This document shows, in pieces, positions 1-12,132 of a DNA stretch of 64,000 nucleotides (position 1 is its first letter; the number at the start of each line of letters is the position of its first letter). The notes below the pieces were generated by a model. It did not search any database. It was not told the origin of the DNA and was given only the letters and a program-made list of their open reading frames with translations. Both the position numbers and the translations under genes were made by a program. Source of the stretch: Cenococcum geophilum (lineage: Eukaryota); NCBI GenBank assembly GCA_050273025.1, contig CP158635.1:8308001-8372000 (forward strand), written 5' to 3'.

Positions 1-1480
1 ATTCATGTACTAGTTTAGCAGCTTTAAGAAACTCACAGTCTTTGCTATTAGTAAAGTGTTTTTCTTTACAATTGCTGCAAAGAGGGGTAGTATACTCGCA
101 AGGTCTACCTATTATATTGCAAATAGGACAGGAGTGGTCTTTAGATAGATATGCCGCTGCACAAAATCGACAGGCCTTGGTAGAGCATCTATCTCCTATA
201 TAGCCAAATTTTTGGCAACTTGTACACTGTGTAGTAGGAGAGACTTTTAGGTATTTAACTACCTTAGCAGCTACCCCTACAATTAGGATTTCCTTCTGCT
301 TAAGAATTTCCTGTTTTTTCTCCTCGTTTTCTATAGCAAAAACTATAGAGCCAAACCTAGTTTGTGGATCATATCTCTTTTCCCTAAAAGAGATCCATCT
401 AGGTTATCCCTGTATCTTAATAGGATTAAAGGTCTCTATTTCTTCCTTTAGAAGTTTAGAGCCTCCTTCTCCTAGGAAGGGGGGGATAGGGACGCTATGA
501 GCTACTATTTAAGCCCAGGGCTCTAGTTTTTGTTCTCTTTTAAAGGAGAAGCAGCTAGACCAGACTTCTTTATATTTAACTAGAAAATCTGCATTGTATT
601 CCTCCGTTGTTATAAGGAAAATATTCTGCTTTTCTCTAGTTCTAGCTATAGAAGCTATAACTAGCTTCTCTATTTGCAATTTGGACATAAATCGTTAATT
701 AATTATATTTCGTATAGAGAAGATATCTAAAGGCTGGTCCTTTTGGTCTATAACTAGGACTAATTTTCTTTCTTATAGCTGCTTCTTTTTCTCTCTAGTA
801 GAGGTAGGGCTTGTAGAACTAGTAGTGCTACTAGTTACCTTACTAATAGGGGGAATTGAGGAGGTAGGGGGTAAAGAAGAAGAAGAAGAGGTAGTAGAGG
901 AAGGAGGAGACGACGATAAAGAGGAGTAAGTAGAAGAAGAGAGGCCCTTCTTTAACTTTTCTGCATAGGTTTTAGGGGCTACCTCCTTGCGGAGGGCTCT
1001 TACTTCTTCTACTAGTCCTTTTAGGATATTTGTCTCTTGTTTTTCCTTTTCTGTTTCTTTTATAGAAGGATTTTCTCCTACTATAATTCTTTATACGTCG
1101 TCCTTAATATATTTAACTTGCTCCTTACTTTCTCCTTCTAGCCTTAGATAGGCCTAGGTTAGGTTTTCTAGGGCCTTTTATAGGAATTGTTTTAAAGAAG
1201 GAGGGGGGAAATATAAACTAGCCCTAGAGGACCTCATTTTTACTAGGTTTCTTTTTGGATTGTAGCTATCTTTTTCAGGAGACGATAGGGGGTGGTTTCT
1301 TTTTCTTTGGTTCCTTGTATAAGCTGGGGACGGCTTATCTACTTCTTCTACTTCTTTATCTTTCCTAGATGGGCATGGGGAAGATGGAGAAGAACAAGTA
1401 GAAGAGGTAGATAAGAATTCATCATCGCTTATCTCTATAGGAGGCTTGATTTTAGGCTTAGTAGCCTTTACCTTTGGCAT
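1..1480 (-). pseudogene. LINE ORF1 (gag-like nucleic-acid-binding protein), RIP-inactivated
   Basis: Starts MPKVKATKPK. The C-terminus reads QCTSCQKFGYIGDRC..CRFCAAAYLSKDHSC..CSNCKEKHFTNSKDC. Internal TAA/TAG stops. Confidence 0.85.
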
Positions 1481-1487
1481 TTCATGT

Positions 1488-1522
1488 CTTATAGCTTATA
1501 GCTTATAGCTTATAGCTTATAG
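1488..1522. repeat. (CTTATAG)5 tandem heptamer just upstream of the LINE ORF1 start
   Basis: Five perfect copies read directly. Confidence 0.9.
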
Positions 1523-4500
1523 GGGGGGGTTTCTAGTTTTTGCAGTAGATAATAACCTCCTTAGGTCTCTTATCTCCTAGCACAGAGGTGAAAAACTAGG
1601 TAAAAAGCCTTCCTAGTTTTTACTATCCTTCTATATCCTTTTTCCTTACTAACTCTACTAGAGAGCTTCTAGGGAAATTAGACTAAAAGGTAGTAGAAAA
1701 ACTGGGTAAAAAGACTATAGTAGTTATTTTCTTCTCTATTAGAAGTAGAAAAAACTACTAGAAAAAAAGGACTTGTTAGGCTTTTACTAGCAGAAAAGCC
1801 CGAAAAGGCAATCCTTCTCTTACTAAGGAAAATCTAACTAAAGGAGATATAGAAAAGTACCTACACCCCCTATTTTATTAGGCTTTTACTTTTTATAGAA
1901 GAAAAACCTAGGAAAAGTCTATGTTTTGATATTTTAGTATTCCTACCCCTGCCTCGCTTACAAGCTAGGACCACCCTTAAGAGAATTTTCTCTTGGGTAA
2001 AAAGGGGGTAAAAAGGCAAATAAATCCGCCTCTAGCTTGTTAGGCAGTAGGAATTAGGTCTTAAGAGTCTGAAAATCGATTGTTTTTGATAGGAAGATGG
2101 GTATGCGTAAGTTTTGAAGTGCGGCGCCACCTTTTGGTAGGGTTGCATATTATATCGACCCCTATAAATAGACCCTTAGTAATTAAGGAGCTTTCTTCTT
2201 ATATAGCTAAAAGGACTACTATGCTAAGGACTACTAGATAAAGGCAAAAGTAGGTAAGGTTTTATTAATTTAGAAGGATAGTATAGAGTTAAAAAAAAGA
2301 GGAACCCTAAAAAAAGACTCCTCTCTATAGTTAAAAGGGATTAATATATTATATATTAATCTAGGTCAGCTAGTTCGTAGAAGAAGCTATACTATTTCTT
2401 ATACTTTATTCCGTAATAAATAATAAGTTTTAACATCTACTTTAACTAACTCTAGAGTAAATACCTTTACTTTAATAGATACCTAGTACGCTATAGAGCT
2501 AGCTAGCTTGTTAAATACGCCCCTTAAAGAACTACCTAAACTAATTCCTATTCACGGGTATAATGGACGGATAGGGCCACCTATTATAACTATCCTATAA
2601 ATTTACCTCCGTTTTAATAAATAAAGGTAGTATAACGTCCCCTTCCTTATTACGGACCTTAAAAGCTATAATATAATCTTAGAAAGAAAATAGCTATCCT
2701 ATTTAGGCTTATAACTAAATATACGAAATAAACATCTTATTTAGCCCAAAACTCTATCCCTAACCCCTTTTTTATATAAAAAAAATTAGTATTATAATGG
2801 AGAACCTTATATAGCCCTAAATAAATACTATTTACTAGGCCGATACTATGCGTAGGGACTAGGCCTTTAAGAAAAATATACGGCGTAATTAGTAGCGGAT
2901 CTATATACTATACCGCCTCTAGACTCCCTATACCCCGCTACTCGTACTAGAAACCTAAAAAGTTAATAATAACCTAGCTAAGCCCTTAATGGGAAACTTA
3001 GGTCCTATATAGCTGTAAAGAAAAGCAAATAATACTAGACATTATACTAAACTAATAGACTAGAAAGATAACTTATGGAAAATAGAATATAAGCTAAGGA
3101 AGATTATAAATCTTATACTGTAAAATATAGCCTAATAAATGCCTATAAGGAAACCTACGGACCTCCCACTAGTTAATATCTGCTATATTAGCGCTGTAGG
3201 ATTTTACTAGAACTTAGTCTAACCTAATACCGTTATCTTTACCACTAGCTTATATAAAATTAATTAAATAATTAAGGAAAAGAAAAGCAAACTTAGCGAA
3301 TAGGAAGGTGAGCTTATAAATAAGGAGCTAGTAGAATAGAAATTACCTTATTAATACTAGAAGTTTAAGGATATATTTTCTAAGACAGTGTCTAATAGAC
3401 TCCCACCTTATTAACTATACAACTATAAGATTAAGATTAAGTTAGATAAGGAAAATACCCTTAGCTTTAGCCCCCGTTACTAGCAGTTTACTACCAAATT
3501 ATAGGCCATAAAGTAGTACTTTATTAATAACCTAAATAAGGGTTTTATTAAGCCTAGCTAAGCCCTTTTTAACTCGTTTATTCTCTTTACTAAAAAGCTA
3601 AATAGAGAACTCCATTTTTATATTAATAATAATATAACCCGCAAGGACCGCTATCCACTACCCCTACTTAATAAAACACTAGCCTAAATAAGTAAAGCCA
3701 AGGTGTTTATAAAGCTTAATATCCACTAGGCCTTCTACCAAATTAGAATAAACCCTAGCTTTAAGGATTTTATTATATTTCGGACTTGTTATAGAACGTA
3801 TAAATATAAGGTACTTTTTTTAAACTAACTAACGGACTAGCTACGTACCAGCGGTATATAAATAATGTACTCTTTAACTACCTTAATAACTTCTATATGG
3901 CATACCTAGATAATATTATAATCTACCTTAAGAATAAGCTAAAATATAAGGAATACTCTATAAAGTCCTCTAACGGCTCTATAAGGCTAGCTATTAGGCT
4001 AATATTAAACGTATAAAGCACCTAGGATTTATTATTAGTATAAATAGAATTAAGACTAACCTAGAGAAAACGGCCGTAATTACCTAGTAGGCATCCCTAC
4101 GGACCGTAAAGGGGATATAATTATTCCTAGGTTTCTATAACTTCTACTAATGCTTTATTAAGAACTATAGCAAGATTACTAGACTCCTTAACCGCCTTAC
4201 CTAAAAAGACTAGCTAGAGAATAGTACCCTATTACCTACTATTTAAAGACTATAGTAGATATTAAACTAAACTACCCAATTTATAATAAGGAAATATTAG
4301 CTATTCTCTTTAGCTTTCGGCGTTAGCAAGTATAGCTAAAAGTGACCACTAAACCTATCGAGGTAGTTTTAAATTACTAGGCCTTAGAATATTTTATAAT
4401 AATAAAGGCTCTAATAGCCTGGCAGGCGTAATAGGCAAATATCCTATCTTAGTTTAACTTTTTAATTATATATAGGCTAGGTACCATAAACCGTACGGAC

Positions 4501-4978
4501 GCCCTTATAAGGCGTAGATAGGACCTAAATAACTAGGTACATCAGGAAATTTTTTTTCGGGCTCGTTGTTGCAGTTTGCGGCAATTTGCGGCAAACTGTA
4601 CGGTCGCGGCAGTCGTATATGGTCTTGTGCGGTTTGCGCATTTTGCGGCAAACTGCACAGAGCCTGCGTATTTTATAGCAACTTGCAGCAAACTGCACAG
4701 AGCCTGCGCATTTTACAGCAACTCGCAGCAAACGCGCAGAGCCTGTATATTTTACACGTTTTGTATATTTTATATATTTTATATATTTTACACATTTTGC
4801 ATATTTTATACATTTTATATTTTACATATTTTATATTCCTATATAACTATATAAAATGTAGAGCTATTTATTAAGCAATTAAGATAAGGGGGATACTCTT
4901 TACAAAGGCTCCAAATCATTAATTGGCGGTATTCCTGACGATCTGCTGGCTGTATACCGATTTCCTAACTAGGCCTAG

Positions 4979-5049
4979 TGCCTGCCTGCCTGCCTGCCTA
5001 CCTGTCTGTCTGTCTGTCTGTCTGCCTGTCTGCCTGTCTGCCTGCCTGC

Positions 5050-5083
<34 letters not shown>

Positions 5084-5245
5084 GTCTGTACCTGCCTATG
5101 CCTACTGTCTGTGCCTACCTGTCTGTGCCTACTGTCTGTGCCTACCTGTCTGTACCTACCTGTCTGTGCTACCTGTCTATGCCTACCTGTCTATACCTAC
5201 CGTCTGTGCCTCCTGTCTGTGCTACCGTCTATGCCTACCTGTCTG
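4979..5245. repeat. CTGT/CTGC microsatellite grading into CTGTCTGTGCCTAC-type repeats
   Basis: Read directly; it produces the spurious ORFs 4923-5393 and 4978-5304. Confidence 0.9.
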
Positions 5246-5659
5246 TAATTTGGGGGAAAGGTCGGCCCGATCGAAGGCTCCGCCTGATTCGATTGATCGA
5301 TTGATCATATTAATTCGAATCGTTCTCTACGGCCGTTCGCTGGCTGTATATTCGAACGGTGGTCGTCTGGGGTGCCTACCTAGGAGGCCTTGATTCGATT
5401 CGGCGACGGGCCGATATTAAAGCTCTGGTTCAATTCGATCGATCGGTTGATTGAATCGTTCGTGGCGTTCGCTGGATGGTCGTTCAAACGGTGGTCGTCT
5501 GGTTCTGGCGACGGTCGTCTGCTAGCTGTCGTTCTGGTGTCTCCCTAGGTAGGGAGGATATAAGGAAGGGTAGAAAATAAGGTGGCTACCTAGGTGTATA
5601 TAAGGGGTATCTTGGCAGAGGCACGTGTAGAGGCTATCGGGAATATAGCGGGGACCCGA

Positions 5660-6305
5660 TGCAGAGCTTCGTGTAGAGCCTCCGTACGCAGAGCTTCGCG
5701 CAAAGCCTCGTGCAGAGCCTCTGTACGTAGAGCTTCGTGTAGAGCCCTATGCAGAGCTTCGTGTAGAGCCTTGTGTAGAGCCTCGTGCAAAGCTTCGTGT
5801 AGAGCTTCGTGCAGAGCTTCGTACAGAGCCTCGCATAGAGCCTCTGTACGCAGAGCTTTATGTAGAGCCTTGTGTAAAGCCTCGCGCAAAGCTTTGTGTA
5901 GAGCTTCGTGCAGGGCTTTGTGTAGAGCTTCGTGCAGAGCTTCGTGCAGAGCTTCGTACAGAGCTTCGTGCAGAGCTTCGTACAGAGCTTCGTGTAGAGC
6001 CTCGTGCAGAGCCTCTGTACGCAGACCTTCGTGTAGAGCCTCGTGTAGAGCCTCGTGCAAAGCTTCGTGTAGAGCTTTGTGTAGAGCTTCGTGTAGAGCT
6101 TCGTGTAGAGCTTCGTGTAGAGCTTCGTGTAGAGCTTCGTGTAGAGCTTCGTGTAGAGCTTCGTGTAGAGCTTCGTGTAGAGCTTTGTGTAGAGCTTTGT
6201 GTAGAGCTTTGTGTAGAGCTTCGTGTAGAGCTTCGTGTAGAGCTTTGTGTAGAGCTTTGTGTAGAGCTTCGTGCAGAGCCTTAGTAGAGCTTTGTGCGGA
6301 GCTTT
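5660..6305. repeat. 12-bp minisatellite, consensus G(C/T)AGAGCTTCGT, about 50 units
   Basis: Read directly; most variants are C/T transitions. Confidence 0.95.
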
Positions 6306-6904
6306 GTGGTATTTTTATTGCAGCCAAAAATTAGGGTCTGCTTAAGTCGCGATTTTAGCAATTTTAGCAATTTGCAGCAACTTGCACAGGCTACTTGCGT
6401 ATTTGCAGCAATTTGCACAGGCTACTTGCGTATTTATAGTAAATTGCTGCAAATTGCCGCAAATTGCCAAAATTGCGACTTACGCAGGTTTTGCAGACCC
6501 CGATTTTCGCTTGCGACAACGTGCCCAAAAAAAAATTTCCTGATGTAGCTATAAAGATCTTATTATAGACTTAAATGCTTCTATAACTAGAATATTTTAA
6601 CCCCTAAATATAGATATAACTAAGTACGGACTCTCTAGACGCTAAGATATATCCTATTAACTCTATAAAACTTAACCTTATTAATAAACTGCTATCCCTT
6701 TATGTGGCAAAAGAGACTTTTTATATTGGGCGCTTTGGGCGCTCTTGCCTGGGTTAGCATGCTGCAGGCACCCTCGCTAGCGTGATTTTATTAGCAAGCC
6801 TCACCAAAACGCGTTAACATTGCGATGCCGATAAAATACTGCAGAAGGCCACCACGAAAAACATCAATTTTTTTTTTATTGAGGAAGTTGGGCAAAAAGC
6901 CGTA

Positions 6905-7330
6905 ATGTGTAACGTCATAACTGTAGGTTTTTGCCCTTTCTTTATTAACTAGGTACTAATTATATAGGAAAACCCTCTATTAGAGTCCTCCCTTAAATTA
7001 CCACCTATTCGCTTTATACGCGTTCTTAACGTTAATAAGGATAAACCAGTAAAGGACCAGCTTAAGATTATAAGGAAGGACGTGCTATATACATTAAATA
7101 AGGTGTATTAAGTGCTATAAGTGGTTAAACAGTTTAATTAGCGGTTATTTAATATAGAGGATAGATTAAAGGCCGTAGAGGAGGGCTTAAAGGAGGCTAA
7201 AAAGGACGCTGCAGTAAAGGCTTAATTAGCTTTAGAGTCTTAATATTAAAGAAAATAGAGGGCTTAAAACAGTTACCTAGTCGTCGCCTACTAAATAAAA
7301 ATTGTTAAAGCACTAAAGGCATAGAGGAAG
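6905..7330 (+). pseudogene. Small second gene inside the piggyBac-like element, predicted coiled coil
   Basis: ATG at 6905, putative intron GTAGGT..CTAAT..TAG (~6923-6967), then an ORF broken only by RIP-type stops (RLFNIEDRLKAVEEGLKEAKKDAAVKA). Confidence 0.5.
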
Positions 7331-7359
7331 TCTACAGGCCTTATATTTATATACTATTT

Positions 7360-8834
7360 ACCTAATCTTTATTATAAGCTTCTTTCCCTCCTTCCATCTA
7401 CACATCTACTTCTGTAATAAAGTTAAACGGTAGCCTTTCCTTCCTTTTATTAGCTCTTTTATGCACCTCCAGATAGTCCTTTAAGTTTAATTAAGCTGTA
7501 CTAGCTGCAGTAATTCTAAGTTATTAAAGCACCTAGAGCAATAGAATATTCGTAAAGTAGTTATCTAAAAATAGGTAAAATCGGCAAGCCTAAAAAGGAA
7601 GCTATTAGGTAAGGTAGAGGACGCACTTAAAGGTCTTTAAGAGGACAATATCTTAATAGTCTGTTTAAGTAGGAAGTCTAAAAAAGTAGCCGGGTAAGGT
7701 AAATATAAAGCTATAGCAATACCTATATTAATAAAGGCTTAATATCTTAAAGCCCTTAGGTACTAGCTTACTAGGCGATTTAATTTTAGCTATAGATTAT
7801 TTAGTAAACCTCACTATTACCTTATTAAAGCTAACTATAGATCTAAGTATAATGTACTTTCTAAACGCTTTACCTAAGGGAGTTATTAACAACTTAACCT
7901 TCTTAAAAACCTAACGTTTAACGCCCTCTAGTGGAGGTAATAAGACATAAAAGAAACACTTAAGTTGCTCCTATCTTTTTTGGCCTATAAATAAGCTAAT
8001 TAAGTATTTAGGATATTTACGATCTATAGCCTAAAGCTCCCGTACCTAGGTAACTTTAAGGACACCTATATAGATAATAAGTCCTACCTAAATTATTAAT
8101 TCGCTATTAAAGGTCTCCTTCTACGTCTATAATTATTTACCGATATATTGTCCTAATTAGTAATATCCGCTAGCTTTTTAAGACGTAGTATATAGGTTTA
8201 TATTAACTACGAGCTTCTTAAATACACTAATACTAAAGAATAGTAGAAATACTCGAATTAGTAGGTCCTATCTAGATCTACACCTACTAGACTCTATACT
8301 AATTTAATCTACTAGTATATAGTAAGCAAAGCGCTTACTACCCTTATTTTAGTCAAAAAGGTCGTTAGATTTAATGCCTATATTACTGCTAATAGGCTTA
8401 CTAGCATGCCAAGCGGCGAATATTAACTTATCTAGAAGGTTAACAACTTTAAGATCTAGTTTAAAAATAGTAGTTATAGGCTCCTATAAGGTTGAAACGG
8501 TAGGAAGGCCTATTCTTATAATTTCTTTAGCTAATAGCTCTAGTAGTTTAGTCTGATCTACCTTATCTACCTTATCCTCAGTAGTCTCGCTATAGGCCTT
8601 AAAAACGGCTCCTAATTTATCCTTAATATCCTCCATCTGGCTACTTGGCGCAGCCTCCTTAGTATTTTTAGTCAGCACTACTACCTACTGTGTAGCTACC
8701 GACAAGCTATCGTATGTATGCTGCGTCGCTTAAAAGGATTGTAAATATAACTCCTAGGCTTAAGGTGCTTTTGGGGGCTTTAGAGGCCTTAGAGGCTTTG
8801 GGGCTAAAGACGTATAACATTTTTTAGGCAGCAT
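7360..8834 (-). pseudogene. piggyBac-family transposase (DDE_Tnp_1_7-like), RIP-inactivated and truncated
   Basis: Translation contains SFNKVIVRFTK*SIAKIKSPSKLVPKGFKILSL and FYLFLDNYFTNILLL*VL**LRITAASTA. These match the piggyBac motifs DE.M..F.GR....P.KP...GFK and DNYFT..L..L...GI.A.GT.R. Confidence 0.85.
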
Positions 8835-9876
8835 AAGGACAGTATTTTACTGACAATTTAATAATTAAATAGACGGTAACAAAACTGAAGCTTTTTGGTT
8901 AAACTACACTAGATTTTATTGGCTTCCTGGCTACGTCGCTGCTGTTTACCGCAATATCTAAGCGTTAGTGAGGCGCTAGCACCCTTACTACTAGGCAACC
9001 GCATTAACCAGAGGCTTTAACACTAAGCTCTATATAGTATAGAGCCTCTAGATTGGCTTATGAGGCGTGCATATACGAAAAGTCCAAGAAAACTTGCTAT
9101 ATGAAGGGATAGGTAAACCGTACAGCCGCTTCTCTATAAGAGTACTATAAAAGATAGAGGATATTACTAGCCCATAGTCCCTTAAAAAAGGACTACTTAA
9201 GCACTATAAATGGCTAGCGGTAGTAAAGGAATGGAACTTATAGACTTAGCTTGTCGCCAAAGCATATACCTAAGTCTCTATAGCCTACCCTAGAAAGAAT
9301 AAGACCTATAAGATTATTAGTAAATAATACTACTAGCCTAAAATAGTTATAGATATTAGCCGTTACGTATAGAACTATAATAACTGCTATAGGTCTATAA
9401 TTTTATAAGATAAGACCCCGGGATTATTAAAACCTCTTTTAATACTAGAACGCCCTTAGCAGTATATCTCTATAGACTTCTATAAACTACCTCTAAACTA
9501 TAATAAGTATAATATAGTTATAATTCTAGTTAACTACTTTAGTAAGCGCCTATTCTTAATCCCCTATTATAAAAATATTAATACTAAAGAGGCGGCCTAA
9601 CTGTATATCTATTACGTCTATTAAACTTATAGATTACTAGATACTATCGTATCTAATTATAGGCTATAGTTTATATCGGCCTTTTAAAGCAAGTTTACCT
9701 AGATCTTAGGTATTAGGCTAAAGCTTTTTATAGTATACCACTCCTAAATAAACGGTTAGATAGAGATTATAAATTAATACTTAGACTAGAGACTTTAGCC
9801 CTTTATTAACTACTTTTAGGATAACTAGGCTAAACTGCTACCCTTAATAGACTATACCTAAGCAACCTTACCCAAT

Positions 9877-10919
9877 TTTTATTATTTTTTTTTTTATATC
9901 TATTATATTATACTACGTGCAATACTGCGCATGCAGCCTCTAGGCTATAGCGCTATAGTTCTATATACATAAATCCTTTCTAGGCAGCTTAATATATACT
10001 AGTAGCTAAGTGGACACTCTAGCCCGTTTTTAAAATGCTAGGGGAGCTCTAGTGACTGGTTTTTTTTTGTTTTGGTATTTTGCTTACTATAGTCTAGTTT
10101 ATACTAAGAAAAGGAAATCCTAGCTCTTTTATCTATTTCTGCTATATTCTGCCGTTTCTAGAGTAAAAAAAGCGCTCTAAAAGATAGATTTTAATTTTAA
10201 TAAAATAGTTTTATATATAAGAATAAGAGAAACCTAATAGCTTACTAGCTTGGAAGCAGCTACCAATTACCCCCATACGACTTTTTTTGGAATTCTATAC
10301 CCTATTTCTTCTCCTTGCTTAAAAAAAGGGTAGGGAATTAGTAATTAGTAGGTACTCTCCCCAAAAGTAATCTACTAATGGTATTTTATAAGGGCGAACC
10401 TCGTTATATAAACCCACTCCCATAGGAAAATTTTCATGAGGTTGTCTGTATAGGGTATAAATACCAATTCGCCCATACACCTTATATTTTACGTGCTAAA
10501 GTAACACGGGCCGGTCCCTTTCCCCCTACTATAGCTACCCTTGGTACATCTGCGGTACGCCTATAGTGCGGTATTGTGTGGTATATTGTGGTAGTAGTAG
10601 TAGTGGTGGTTGTGGTAGAGGTCGTCTGTAGCGCGGGCTGCAGACTAGTTGTGGTAGAGGTCGTCTACAGCGCGATGGCTGCAGACTAGCTGTGGTAGAG
10701 GTCGTCTACAGCGCGATGGCTGTAGACTGGTAGAGGTCGTCTGCGGTGGCGTCTGCGGTGCATCTGCGGCGCCCTTACCGTGCGGTGGATTGGCTGTCTG
10801 CAGTAGACTAGCTGTAGGGAGGGCTGTCTGTAGTAGACTAGTTGTAGGGAAGGCTATCTGCAGTAGACTGGTTGCAGTAGAATGGTTAGTTGCGGTAGTA
10901 ACGCGTCGCGGTAACGCGT
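9877..10919 (-). mobile_element. Non-coding poly(A)-tailed retroposon (SINE-like or non-autonomous LINE derivative), about 1.04 kb
   Basis: T-rich tail at 9877-9895. Imperfect 14-bp TSD CAACCTTACCCAAT (9863-76) / CAACCTTACTCTAT (10920-33). The Gypsy integrase frame resumes after it. GC-rich 5' head with ~30- and ~41-bp tandem repeats. Confidence 0.8.
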
Positions 10920-11678
10920 CAACCTTACTCTATAACTCTATAGGATTTATCCCTATCTAACTAGAAATAGGCTACTTGCCCTATATAAGCTTTAACTAAG
11001 ATAGACTAGAAGGACCCTAAACTATACGCGAAAAACTATCTTATAAGGAAGCCTAGTAGTATATTAAGCGCTTAAAAGAAGCTTAAACGGTAGCCTATAT
11101 AAACCTAGAGAGGGTCTAAAAATTAATAAATAGTAGGTAAATAAGCATAGACGCGAGCCTAACTTTACTATAGGCAATATAGTCTATGTTATAATAAGGA
11201 CTAGAAGATAGAACGGCCTAGCTATAAGCTAAACTATTAAATAGTAAGACCGTATAAGGTTCTTAAGAAGATTAATAACTTATATAAAGTAAAGCTCCCA
11301 GATTTAATAAAGGCTTACCCTATTTTTTCTGCCGGATAAGCTATAAAAGGCTATAGACGACCTATTACCTAGATAAAAGAATAAACCTCCCCTACTAATT
11401 TAAGTTAATGGCAATAATAAATAGGAAGTTAAAGAAATTCTAGCCTATAAACTTATAAGGGAAACGCTAAAGTATCGTATTGGCTAGAAAGGATATAACT
11501 TAGATCCTACTTAGTACCCTATATAGAACTTTATAGGTAGTCCCTATAAGCTTTAAAAGTTCTATAGCCGTTACTCTAATAAACTTAGACCGCTAAAATA
11601 CTTAGATAAATAGATAAAATGCTAGTATAATAATGATAAAAAGCTACCAGAAGAGCATAAAGATAAAAACGTCCTATA

Positions 11679-11871
11679 TATAACGGCTCAAACCATTACA
11701 TAAATGCCTTAACGGAGGCTTAAACAAATACTTCAAAGGTGAAGCGAACGAATGCTGTATTATAAAGATATTAAGCTAAGGAGCAAGAGAAGGTGGTAAG
11801 GCCACGTCTATATACATATGCCAAGTCTTAAGCGATCCCCTAACTAGGTGACGCGCTCCAGCGCCGTCACA
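11679..11871. mobile_element. Solo LTR (193 bp)
   Basis: TATAACGGC (RIP of TG-) ... GCCGTCACA termini; 5-bp TSD CTATA on both sides. Confidence 0.85.
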
Positions 11872-11931
11872 CTATAGGTATAATATAGACTATAAAGCCT
11901 AAGGGCAGGCTTTTATAGAGGGGGGGGGTAA

Positions 11932-12132
11932 TATTATAGTACTGGCAAATTGCCATAGATTGCCGTAGATTGCGGTTACGTGGCGTAAAGATCGTATAAA
12001 ACATCGAGCGGCGCTACTCTTCTCCTCCTTTCCTCTCTCTAGCTTTGGATCCTCGTTTATAGACAATCCAATCGTACAGGCTTGCGCGTCCCTCTTGCCG
12101 TGCTCGTGCCTCGATTGACTAAGTCGCTAACA
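11932..12132 (+). repeat. 3' LTR of Gypsy-1
   Basis: Follows the PPT GAGGGGGGGGG; termini TATTATAG...GCTAACA. Confidence 0.8.

Larger units (their letters stand above)
1..2150 (-). mobile_element. Tad1-like LINE, 5' part (5' UTR + ORF1), running off the left edge; inserted in the gag of Gypsy-1
   Basis: Minus-strand ORF1 starts at 1480 and ends in three CCHC-type knuckles. About 670 bp of A-rich leader lies upstream. The 5' boundary is approximate because the second TSD is outside the window. Confidence 0.85.
4540..6545. mobile_element. Non-autonomous TIR element (2006 bp) with TA TSD, filled with simple and tandem repeats
   Basis: Both ends read CATCAGGAAATTTTTTTT..GGGC(T/A)CGTTGT, with subterminal GCAATTTGCGGC-type repeats. 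TA at 4538-39 and 6546-47. Removing the element plus one TA restores the Gypsy pol frame (DLNN*VAIKILL). Confidence 0.9.
6696..9108 (-). mobile_element. piggyBac-like DNA transposon (2413 bp), RIP-mutated, transposase C-terminus missing
   Basis: TIRs CCCTTTATGTGGCAA and (rc) CCCTTCATATAGCAA. Flanks are CTAT| and |ATAG. Encodes a piggyBac-type transposase remnant. Confidence 0.88.
2151..12132 (+). mobile_element. Gypsy-1, Ty3/Gypsy chromovirus (gag end, PR-RT-RH-IN-chromodomain, PPT, 3' LTR), RIP-degraded, split by four insertions
   Basis: Degenerate gag knuckle ~2190-2240, protease LIDT ~2475, RT DRYPLP and YLDN(D)II ~3645-3920, integrase ERP*QYISIDF ~9450 and YHS*INGQ-like ~9735, chromodomain EVKEIL..KYRIG*KGY ~11420-11570, G-rich PPT 11917-11930, LTR 11932-12132. 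Confidence 0.92.

Noticed and set aside
4525..5393. Cys/Leu/Tyr-rich ORFs
   Set aside because: Translations of subterminal repeats and microsatellites.
5590..6334. 245/246-aa ORFs on both strands (HEAL and CRAS repeats)
   Set aside because: By-product of a 12-bp minisatellite lacking stops in those frames, inside a non-autonomous element.
10600..10880. CRISPR-like spaced repeats
   Set aside because: Plain tandem repeats with no unique spacers, in a eukaryotic context with no cas genes.
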